64,000 nt of DNA, taken from the NCBI GenBank assembly GCA_963797095.1, contig CAWCNY010000006.1, positions 544,001 through 608,000 on the forward strand. Reading direction: 5' to 3'. The stretch comes from an uncultured Chloroflexia bacterium (GTDB lineage: Bacteria; Chloroflexota; Chloroflexia; QHBQ01; JADMIH01). How positions within the stretch are numbered: position 1 is the first letter of the stretch; every line of letters starts with the position of its first letter. Both the position numbers and the translations under genes were made by a program. Below are positions 41,646 to 50,089 of the stretch, piece by piece. The notes beneath the pieces are model-generated. The model saw only the letters and a program-made list of their open reading frames with translations, was not told the origin of the DNA and did no database searches.

Positions 41646-41894
41646 GGCTGATCCCCTCCCCGATTAAGCGGATGTCATTATCTTGGCGAGATTATACACC
41701 AATGTACGTTTGTTGTGCGAGAAAGGTGACACGAATACCGTAGGATTTTGCAAGACGACGATACGAAGGCTGCCGGCATTGCGGAAAGCGTGCTGTCTAT
41801 TTCGTATTGCGTACTGCGTAACATGCTTATTGGTTTGGTAAAGTGCTAAACACGTTGTGCTTAAGGACGCCGGTTTCGTCTTTATGTTCTCTGC

Positions 41895-41988
41895 CTAGTA
41901 CCATTCCAACAAAATAGCAATAGCTTTATAGCAACAGCTTTGCCAAGTAGCGTTTGCGCTTGGAAAGTGCAGCCAAAACTCTCGATAC
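41895..41988 (+). repeat. Left arm of a long inverted repeat flanking the DUF1772 gene
   Basis: 41928-41988 equals the reverse complement of 42686-42746 at 59 of 61 positions. Confidence 0.92.
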
Positions 41989-42032
41989 AAGATTGCAGGG
42001 CTGGGTTGTATATCACGATCTCAGGATAGAGG

Positions 42033-42104
42033 CCAGTACAACCAGTACAACCAGTACAACCAGTACAACCAGTACAACCAGTACAACCAGTGCAACCAGT
42101 ATAA
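42033..42104 (+). repeat. 9-bp tandem repeat (CCAGTACAA) x8 abutting the RBS
   Basis: Six perfect units plus CCAGTGCAA and CCAGTATAA, then AGGAGA and ATG 42116. Confidence 0.95.
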
Positions 42105-42115
42105 AGGAGAGTGTC

Positions 42116-42670
42116 ATGAGTGCGGCAAGTATTACACGCGCAAAGGGTCTGGCAGGTGCGAGCATGGTAATGGACGTTGCTCGCGTCGTGGGAGTTGGGG
42201 CCGCGGTAGTCGGAGTGGGGATGTTGCTCGGAGCGAGCAGCTACGAATCGGTGGTTATGGCGCCAAACTACAGCGCCAACATCCCCAACTCGCTGGAGAC
42301 GGCCCGGCAGTTCTTCAGCATCAATAACCCCGGTGTATTCTTCCGGGTGCTCGCTCCGGCTACCGAGGTGCTGGCACTCGTCTCCACAGTGCTGTGCTGG
42401 CGCACGAAGGGCGCGAGGTGGTGGATGCTGGCCGCGTTCGGCGCAATAATCGCAGCAGATGTTATCACCTTCACCTTTCACTATCCACGCAATGACCTGC
42501 TGTTCACTAATCCCCTGAGTGTACCGAAGGACCAGCTCATGCAGGCGGCAAATGAATGGGCTGTGGGCAATTATGCCCGCATAGCTCTGCTGGTAGTGGC
42601 TTTAGCCTTGGGCATGGTAGCCTTCAGCCGCTCCGTGCTGCACTTTGCCCGTGCGACCGACAAGGACTAA
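42116..42670 (+). CDS. DUF1772 / anthrone oxygenase-like small membrane protein
   Basis: About 4 TMs, YES.V..PN, TFTFHYPRND and W...N..R motifs. Confidence 0.7.
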   Translation: MSAASITRAKGLAGASMVMDVARVVGVGAAVVGVGMLLGASSYESVVMAPNYSANIPNSLETARQFFSINNPGVFFRVLAPATEVLALVSTVLCWRTKGARWWMLAAFGAIIAADVITFTFHYPRNDLLFTNPLSVPKDQLMQAANEWAVGNYARIALLVVALALGMVAFSRSVLHFARATDKD

Positions 42671-42685
42671 TGCCTTATCGACTAA

Positions 42686-42765
42686 GTATTGAGAGTTTTG
42701 GCTGCACTTTCCAAGCGCAAACGCTACTCGGCAAAGCTGTTGCTATTTTGTTGGTAAGGTACCAG
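42686..42765 (-). repeat. Right arm of the long inverted repeat
   Basis: Reverse complement of the left arm at 41895-41988. Confidence 0.92.
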
Positions 42766-42892
42766 TGTTGGTGGGCGTGCGCGTGGTTCTGTATTGATCT
42801 TAGCACAGGAGTTCTGTTATTTCAAGTACCTGAATGGCTACATTTTGTGAGCTCATGATGATGAAATAAAGTGCGACGGTGTCAGCCAGGGC

Positions 42893-42928
42893 AAAAGGAT
42901 AAGGGATAGGTTTGTGGCCCATCCCTTC
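42893..42928 (-). terminator. Probable pnp terminator
   Basis: Minus strand AAGGGATGGG-ccacaaa-CCTATCCCTT followed by ATCCTTTT. Confidence 0.6.
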
Positions 42929-42953
42929 GTTGAATATCGGTTATATTAGCGGA

Positions 42954-45383
42954 TTACCAGCGGTTGCCGCCTCGGTCGCGATTGCCGTCGCCGCCGCCCT
43001 CGCGTGGGGGACCACCGGGGACGCGGTCACCGCCGCTACCGCCATAGCCGCCCCCGCCACCGGGTCTGCCACCACCGCCACCGTAGCCGCCCCGATTGCC
43101 ATAGCCTCCGCCGCCCCCGCCACCGGGGCCGGGGCCGCGATTGCCGTAGCCACCGCCACCGCCGCCTTCACGACGACCGTAGCCACCACCGCCGCCCTCG
43201 CGAGGGCCGCGATCACGCCCGCCGAAGCCAGTGCGCTCGCGCTCGGCGCGGGGGGCTGGCATTTCGCCGGTGAGAACGGCCTTGCGGGAGAGGCTGACCT
43301 TACCCTGGCGGTCGACTTCGATCACCATTACGTTGATCTCGTCGCCCAGGCTGACCACGTCTTCTACGTTCTCAACGCGGTAGTCGGCAAGCTCGGAGAT
43401 ATGGACGAGGCCATCTTTGCCGGGGAGAATCTCGACGAACGCGCCGTAAGGCAAGATGCGCACCACTTTACCCAGGTAGATCTCGCCGACCTCGGCCTCT
43501 TTGGTGAGACCCTCGATCATGCGGATGGCCTGCTTGGCGCTCTCGCCATCGGTGGAGGCTACCAGTACGGTGCCATCGTCCTCAACGTCGATCTTGGTGC
43601 CGGTCTTTTCGGTGATGCCCCGAATGTTCTTGCCGCCGGGGCCGATGAGGGCGCCGATCTTCTCGGGGTTGATCTTGATACGCAGAATGCGCGGTGCATA
43701 GGGCGAAAGCTGGTGGTTCGGCTCAGGCAGAACCTCTTGCATCTTGTCGAGGATAAAGAGGCGGGCTTCGCGAGCCTGGGCGAAGGCTTCTTCCATGATC
43801 TCGAAGGCAAGACCTGCGGTCTTGAGGTCAAGCTGTAGGCCGGTGACGCCCTCGGAAGTGCCTGCGACCTTGAAATCCATATCGCCAAGCGCGTCTTCAA
43901 TACCCTGGATATCGGTCAGCACTTTATGCTGCGAGCCGTCCTTGCTCTCGACAAGGCCCATAGCGATACCGGCCACCGGGGCCTTGATCGGCACGCCCGC
44001 ATCCATGAGAGAGAGGGTGCTGCCGCACACAGAGGCCATAGAGGAGGAACCGTTAGAGGAAAGCACCTCGCTGACCACCCGGATCACGTAGGGGAAATCG
44101 GCCTCGGAGGGGAGGACGGGGATGAGGGAGCGCTCGGCCAACGCGCCATGCCCGATGTCGCGGCGTGAGGGGCCGCGTCCACGTCGGGTCTCGCCGGTGG
44201 AGAACGATGGGAAGTTGTAGTGGTGGATGTAGCGCTTGGTGTCCTCGATGCCGAGGCCATCAAGCATCTGCTCGTCGTCGCCTGTGCCGAGGGTGGCTAC
44301 GGAGAGGACCTGGGTCTGGCCGCGTGTGAAGAGGGCTGAGCCGTGGGTGCGGGGGAGGACGCCGGTCTCGATTGAGATGGGTCTGATGTCCTTCGGGCCG
44401 CGACCGTCTGGGCGCTCGCCGCGCTCCAGTATGGCGCTTCGCACCTGCTCCTTGAGGAGGGCCTCGAAGGCCTTGTTGACCTCGGAGGTCATCTTGGCCT
44501 TATCGGCATCGGGAAGCTCGGCGGCCTCAACGAAGTGGTTGAGGGCCTCGGTGCGCAGGGCCTCGGTCTGGGTCTCGCGCACCGTCTTGTCGGCGTTGCG
44601 GGTCTCCTCGTCAAGGCGGGAGCCTAGCCAGGCCGTAACCTGGTCAACGACGGAAGTGTCGGAGACAGGAGGGGCCCAATCGCGCTTCTTGGGCTGGATC
44701 TCTTCGATCATCTGCTTCTGGATGGCGACTGTGGGCTTGATTCCCTGCTCCCAACCGAATCGAACGCCTTCGAGCATGATGTCTTCGGGTAGTTCGTGGG
44801 CGCTGGCCTCGACCATCGAGACTGCGTCTTCGGTGCCTGCTATGGTCAGTTCCAGGTCTGATTCGAGTAGCTGCTGGGCGGTGGGATTAAGTATAAACTC
44901 GCCGTTGATATAGCCAACCTTGGCCGCGCCGACCGGCCCCGCGAAGGGTATGTCGGAGAGGGACATGGCGGCTGAGGCTCCAATGATCGAGAGGATCTCA
45001 GGCTCTGTCTCCTGGTCGGTGGAAAGAGTGGTGATAGTCATCTGGATCTCGGCGCGCCACTGCTTGGGCAGAAGCGGCCGGATGGGGCGGTCGGTGAGGC
45101 GAGCGGTGAGGGTGGCGGCCTCGGAGGGACGCCCCTCGCGCTTGATGAAGCCTCCAGGGATCTTGCCTGCTGCGTACATCTTCTCCTCATAGTCTACGGT
45201 GAGGGGAAGGAAATCAGCGCCTTCGCGTGGCTCTTTGGCAGCTACCACGGCCGCCAGGATCATGGTGTCGCCGTAGCGCACTGTGCAAGCGCCTGAAGCT
45301 TGCTCGGCTACCCTACCGACCTCGATTGTTATCTCGCGACCCGCGATGGTTGTGCTGAATTGCTTGGGTTCTTCTAGTTTCAC
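42954..45383 (-). CDS. pnp: Polyribonucleotide nucleotidyltransferase (PNPase) with a Gly/Arg-rich tail
   Basis: DFLPLTVDYEEK, HGSALFTRGQTQ, SNGSSSMASVC, GDMDFKVAGT, KH and S1 domains. Confidence 0.98.
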   Translation of the reverse strand: MKLEEPKQFSTTIAGREITIEVGRVAEQASGACTVRYGDTMILAAVVAAKEPREGADFLPLTVDYEEKMYAAGKIPGGFIKREGRPSEAATLTARLTDRPIRPLLPKQWRAEIQMTITTLSTDQETEPEILSIIGASAAMSLSDIPFAGPVGAAKVGYINGEFILNPTAQQLLESDLELTIAGTEDAVSMVEASAHELPEDIMLEGVRFGWEQGIKPTVAIQKQMIEEIQPKKRDWAPPVSDTSVVDQVTAWLGSRLDEETRNADKTVRETQTEALRTEALNHFVEAAELPDADKAKMTSEVNKAFEALLKEQVRSAILERGERPDGRGPKDIRPISIETGVLPRTHGSALFTRGQTQVLSVATLGTGDDEQMLDGLGIEDTKRYIHHYNFPSFSTGETRRGRGPSRRDIGHGALAERSLIPVLPSEADFPYVIRVVSEVLSSNGSSSMASVCGSTLSLMDAGVPIKAPVAGIAMGLVESKDGSQHKVLTDIQGIEDALGDMDFKVAGTSEGVTGLQLDLKTAGLAFEIMEEAFAQAREARLFILDKMQEVLPEPNHQLSPYAPRILRIKINPEKIGALIGPGGKNIRGITEKTGTKIDVEDDGTVLVASTDGESAKQAIRMIEGLTKEAEVGEIYLGKVVRILPYGAFVEILPGKDGLVHISELADYRVENVEDVVSLGDEINVMVIEVDRQGKVSLSRKAVLTGEMPAPRAERERTGFGGRDRGPREGGGGGYGRREGGGGGGYGNRGPGPGGGGGGGYGNRGGYGGGGGRPGGGGGYGGSGGDRVPGGPPREGGGDGNRDRGGNRW

Positions 45384-45545
45384 ATTGTTCTCCTAAAAAT
45401 CTTTCGATTTTGGATCTCGGATCCTAGATTTCAAATTGCCCGAAACTAAATCCGAAATCTGCAATCTAAGATCCGAAATCGGGCCATATGCCCGTGGGCC
45501 GTCGGCTCCTTGCCGACAGCCAATAAATAAGCCCCGATGCGCTCG

Positions 45546-45836
45546 CTACGCGCCGGGGCGATTGAGTATGTCGCGGATGTTGAGACGAGTGATCAACTCA
45601 CGGTAGCGGTTAATGTCCTTTTTGGCAAGGTAGGCGAGAAGACGACGCCTCCTGCCGACCATCTTGAGAAGTCCACGCCGCGAGTGGTGGTCGTGCTTGT
45701 GGGTTTTGAAATGAGAAATAAGATCGTTAATGCGTGTCGTAAGGATGGCAACCTGTACCTCAGGCGACCCTGTGTCTGAGCCATGCGTTTTGTATTGTCC
45801 TATCAATTCCTGCTTGCGCTCGGTCTGCAATCCCAA
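45546..45836 (-). CDS. rpsO: 30S ribosomal protein S15
   Basis: [13 protein letters not shown]...[25 protein letters not shown] start 7 nt after GGAGG. Confidence 0.98.
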   Translation of the reverse strand: MGLQTERKQELIGQYKTHGSDTGSPEVQVAILTTRINDLISHFKTHKHDHHSRRGLLKMVGRRRRLLAYLAKKDINRYRELITRLNIRDILNRPGA

Positions 45837-46082
45837 GATGAAACCTCCTGTGGGCACTCTTTATGCCCCGTAGCCCGTCCTTGTGGGCGTTATCCGTGAC
45901 TCTTCCTTGGGAGGGGGTTCCTTGTGTTCTTTTTTTGGTCCCTCTTTAGGCTATACCCGCCAATTATATCATATATAGGTAGGCTGCCGCAAGCGCGATT
46001 CTCCGGCGATTGACGTTCGCGTAACCTTATGCTACATTTGAGTCCTTCATTAGAAACCCCCATTCAACGACTGGAGGGTCAT

Positions 46083-46880
46083 ATGCTTGTCTCATTTCGC
46101 TACAGCCTATTTGTTGTTGCCGGTTTGATGTTAGTGCTTACAATTGGATTCTTCTGGCAGATGCCATGGGCAACCGGTCTGTGGCCCTGGCCGGAGTCCA
46201 GGCTATCGTATATCTTTCTTGCCTCCATCACCGCCTCGATTGCCGCTTCGAGCTTATGGACAGCCGTGTCACAGGAATACGGAGCTTTGCGCAGCCAGGC
46301 GATCAATACCGTTGTGGCAACAGCTGGAGTGGCAATAACTGCTTTCTCATTTCTTGCTTCGGACGGTTCTACTGGGACTTTGGTGCTTGGCATAGTTGCC
46401 GTGCTCTTGTTCTTGCTCGGTATAGGCACATACCTGTTGTTCCGGCAATATCCAATCAAAGACCCACGACCGCTGCCCGGTGCGGTGCGCATCTCCTTCG
46501 CGTTCTTCGCTATAGTACTGATCCTCGTGGGCGGGGCGATGGTCCTGGGCGCTCAAGTCTTCCCCTGGCCGCTCCAGGCCGGCTCGCGTGCCGCGTATGG
46601 GTGCGTTTTTCTTGGCGCGGCTACTTATTTCTTCTACCCAGTCCTACGGCCAAGTTGGCATAACGCCCGTGCACAGCTTTGGGGCTTTCTTGCTTATGAT
46701 ATTGTGCTGATCGTGCCCTTCGTGGGGCACTTCGAGCGTGTGACCCCGGAGTTGTTGCCCAACCTGATCGTTTATGTCGCGGTGCTCATCTACAGCGGAG
46801 CGCTGGCGATCTACTACCTCTTCATCAATCCCATCACGAGGCCGGCATCGTCGCGGCAAACACAAGCCCAATCTGCGTAA
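46083..46880 (+). CDS. Hypothetical polytopic membrane protein with an internal duplication
   Basis: About 8 TMs, repeated WPWP/FPWP segments, GGAGG RBS before ATG 46083. Confidence 0.75.
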   Translation: MLVSFRYSLFVVAGLMLVLTIGFFWQMPWATGLWPWPESRLSYIFLASITASIAASSLWTAVSQEYGALRSQAINTVVATAGVAITAFSFLASDGSTGTLVLGIVAVLLFLLGIGTYLLFRQYPIKDPRPLPGAVRISFAFFAIVLILVGGAMVLGAQVFPWPLQAGSRAAYGCVFLGAATYFFYPVLRPSWHNARAQLWGFLAYDIVLIVPFVGHFERVTPELLPNLIVYVAVLIYSGALAIYYLFINPITRPASSRQTQAQSA

Positions 46881-46890
46881 GGAGGCAACC

Positions 46891-48270
46891 TCAGGTCTGG
46901 GTAGGGGCGAGGGCTTTCGCTCCTGATGAGGCCGGTGATATGACGCGCAACATCAAGCCCGGCTTAAAAAGAGTGATCGGGGACCTGAGGAGATGGATCG
47001 CTTCAAGCATTGCCTGGCAGACCTGTTTATCAGTGGTGGCTCGTGCCATCACACGGGTAATATAGCCCTGTGTAAGGCGTGTCGCGAGGTCCGGCTTGCC
47101 CCCCTCTGTGATCGGACAGCGGAAATCCTCGCCGGTGGCAAGAAGCCAGGGCGTCTTGTTATTGCGGGCCAGCCTCTTCTGGAAGCGTTCGGCGAGACCC
47201 GTGAGGTCGCCGGGGTGGTCGCGTGTGTGCTCGGCCAGTACCTTACCGAGCGTGACAGCGCCCAGTGCGCTCGTAGTCATCCCCTGCCCGTAGACAGGGT
47301 TGAAGGCGCACACTGCATCACCCAATGCTACAAAGTTCTCAGGATACCTGGGGAGACGCTCATAATGCCGCAGGAGATTTTCCGTCCTACGGTAGCCAGC
47401 TATGTCGGTTAGAGGTTTGGCTTGCTTGATGGCCTCGTACAGGTGGGGGCTGCGCAACGAGCGAGCGAATTCGAGGAAACCTTCCTCATCCGTAGGAGGA
47501 TACTCCTTGCCCATACCTCCCAATGTGACGACCCAGCGATTCCCCTCCACTGACAGGAGCGCGCCTCCCCGCAGACGTTTGGGGGCAGCGGTGTGGATGA
47601 TAAGCATCTTCCAACTGGCTTTGAAGGCGGGAAGTGGCTCGTAGAAGCGGCTGGCATAGCCGAGGAACGAGTTGACGATAGTCTCCTCTGGGGCTGAATA
47701 CCCGAGCGATTCCAACCACTGAGGGGCTTTGGAGCTTCGCCCACTGGCGTCTACCACCAGATCGGCGCTCATGCTCTCCTCGCCTTCGCCGCCATCGCGG
47801 TGGCGGAAGCGCACCCCCGTAACCTGGCCTCGGCCTTCTCCTCCATTATGCAGAAGGCCGATCACATCGGCGCTCTCGACCTGGCTTACTTTCGGATTGG
47901 CGCGAACGCGGCCCCGGATGGTCGATTCTAAGAGGTCTCTGCTACAGGTTCGGCCTTCGATTGAGGAGTGGAAGGTTTGCTTCCAACCGGCGGGTAGGAA
48001 CCATGCAAGCTCTGCACCGACGTTGACCCATGGCCCGCCCGCGCGGCCAAGCTCATCTTGCAGCCCGGGAAAAAGCTTCTCCAGAGCCTCCCTGCCGCTG
48101 GCCAGGAGCACATGGATATGGCGAGCCTGCGGCACGCCCTTGCGCGAGCCGACACTCTTGGGGAAAGTGTCGCGGTCGAGAATTGTAACCCGGTCAAAGT
48201 GGGCGGATAAAGCCTGCGCAGCTGTGAGGCCAGCTATGCTGCCGCCGATAACAATCGCATGTGTAGACAT
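46891..48270 (-). CDS. FAD-dependent monooxygenase/oxidoreductase
   Basis: GGSIAG, RKGVPQARHIH, DASGR and GDAVCAFNPVYGQGMT motifs. Confidence 0.92.
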   Translation of the reverse strand: MSTHAIVIGGSIAGLTAAQALSAHFDRVTILDRDTFPKSVGSRKGVPQARHIHVLLASGREALEKLFPGLQDELGRAGGPWVNVGAELAWFLPAGWKQTFHSSIEGRTCSRDLLESTIRGRVRANPKVSQVESADVIGLLHNGGEGRGQVTGVRFRHRDGGEGEESMSADLVVDASGRSSKAPQWLESLGYSAPEETIVNSFLGYASRFYEPLPAFKASWKMLIIHTAAPKRLRGGALLSVEGNRWVVTLGGMGKEYPPTDEEGFLEFARSLRSPHLYEAIKQAKPLTDIAGYRRTENLLRHYERLPRYPENFVALGDAVCAFNPVYGQGMTTSALGAVTLGKVLAEHTRDHPGDLTGLAERFQKRLARNNKTPWLLATGEDFRCPITEGGKPDLATRLTQGYITRVMARATTDKQVCQAMLEAIHLLRSPITLFKPGLMLRVISPASSGAKALAPTQT

Positions 48271-48384
48271 AGATGTAGGTTCCTGAATCGATCCTCCCCC
48301 TGGAGCATAGACTTTGATCTATCCAGGATACACTATAGTTTGCCTGGATGTTAAGCCCCTTCGGGCGTGCTGGAAATAACAGCC

Positions 48385-49765
48385 CTACACGGGGCAGCCT
48401 AGCTCGGTATCGGGGAGGGGAATGGCGACCACACCGCCGTTCTTTAGCCGCAGCTCCAGCACGCCCGATAATGGCTCTCCGCATGTGAGCTTGACAGGGG
48501 ATGGGTCTACGCCCGGTTTGATGAATTCTACGCGGGTTTGGTCGGCTGCACCGGGTTGGGAAGTGACGCCGAGAAGCTCAGGTGTGAACGTCACGATGAG
48601 TTCGCCGCTCGGACGTCGTATTGCCAGCTTATTATCGGGGTTATCGAAGTCGCAGGCATCGACCGAGTCGTTGAATTGCAGGACAAGGTCGGTGTGTAGT
48701 GGAGGCTTGTCGGCTCCAGGGCCGGGGGTGTGGTCCTCCCACACTTCGTATTCAATGCCGGTAGGGAGGATTCCGGGTGTGGAAGGTTGCCCTCCCAGGC
48801 CGTTGTATATCGTGGAGCCTGCCAGGCTGACCTGCACGCGGTTCTGCTGGTCGTTGGTGGGGTTGTAGGTGATGATCATGCGCTCCAAGACCTGCACGCA
48901 TACGGGCTTCAGTTCGCCCTTTATCCTCGCCATCACCCAGATCGCCGGGCCGATAGGCATGCCAATGTTCTCTACCGGTCTCGAGTTCGAAGAGGTTGGT
49001 GAGACCATCCGATATGGCTGTGGGGATGCGGTGGCCTGTCGTGCTGTCGGGTTGGCCCAGAGGCAGTGATACCATGCCCTTAGCAGGGTCGATAGGTGAT
49101 GTGGTGCCATCCGGGTGCAGCCATTGGTCCGCCGCCTTCGCGTCGGCGTCGAGCGCCTTTGAGTTGTCGGTGGTTAGGAGGTTGCTCATGGTGGCGAAGC
49201 TGACGGTGTCTTCGCCTTCTTCCCCTACGATGGCAAGTTGAGGAAGGGCCTGTCTTGTTGCCGGGGGCAGGTCGATATACTCCCTCTCATCGATCTGGAC
49301 CCTGCCTTCGGAGATCACGTGGGACAGCAGTTGACGGGCGGGTTGACCGCCGAGCAAAGTAAAGGCGGTACGCTCGTAGAAGGCGACCTCTACAAATTTG
49401 CCGTTGGAGGCTTGCAAGAAGGCAGAGCCGAGAGGCAATCCCAGGTTGCTTTCCCTGGCTATGTGGTACTGCTCCCAATCGCGCTTTGCCTGCGCCTCTA
49501 TTGCTGCTTGAAAACCGGAGGATATCTGCCCGCTCAGGTAGACGTTGCTGCCGGGGAATGACTTGGTTGCACCCTCGGGTTTGTCGACGTAGGTTGGTGT
49601 ATCGTCCAGGGCCGGGGATGGGAACAAGTTTGGATTGGTAATTGCGTTGTGTAAGGTAGTGGCGCGAGCAGATGCGCTAAAATGCAGAGCGCCGAGGATT
49701 ATGGTGATTATTACCATCCACCTTGTCACCGGTGCAGATCTGGCTATTTGAGGATATAGTTTCAT
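48385..49765 (-). pseudogene. Secreted protein, divergent paralog of the 50090 N-terminal domain, split by a +1 frameshift at ~48985
   Basis: Signal peptide. GHRIP (frame 1) continues as IGMPI..AIW...VQVLERMIITYNPTN (frame 2), matching HNIP...GLPISDAYW...QAFERRVLTYVPTN in 50090. Confidence 0.7.
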
Positions 49766-50089
49766 GGTTGTTCTCTAGATAAGCCTATTATATCTGGACT
49801 CTTACATACCCGTGTCGATAGTGTAGGGGTAGCAAAAATCTGCGTAAAATGACGTACTCATGATACGACGGGTGCAAGTGGAAAACCGGATGGCGTTTCT
49901 GGAGTGGGTGATATACTCGCGCTAACGTGGGTATGGAGGTTCGGAGACCTGGCAAACCTGCGCAACCTGTGCATGGCAGACTCGTTATGGTTATTGGACG
50001 GACAGTTCAATTGCGGATTTTAGATTTCGCGTCGCTCAGTCCGCAATCAAAAATGAGCACGGTTCGTATGAGAATTAGGAGGATGAATC

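Noticed and set aside
42033-42104. CRISPR array
   Set aside because: The units are 9 bp with no spacers, and no cas genes are present.
41954-42115. N-terminal STT-repeat extension of the DUF1772 ORF
   Set aside because: A strong RBS precedes ATG 42116, and the upstream TTG lies inside the inverted repeat.
41882-42481. ORF with (TGC)n Cys repeats suggesting a RiPP or metallothionein
   Set aside because: It is only the antisense translation of the 9-bp tandem repeat and overlaps the real gene.
42912-43838. 308-aa plus-strand ORF
   Set aside because: Antisense shadow of pnp in GC-rich DNA.
45850-45945. S15 autoregulatory leader RNA
   Set aside because: The position fits and small hairpins exist, but I could not match a known S15 leader family by eye.
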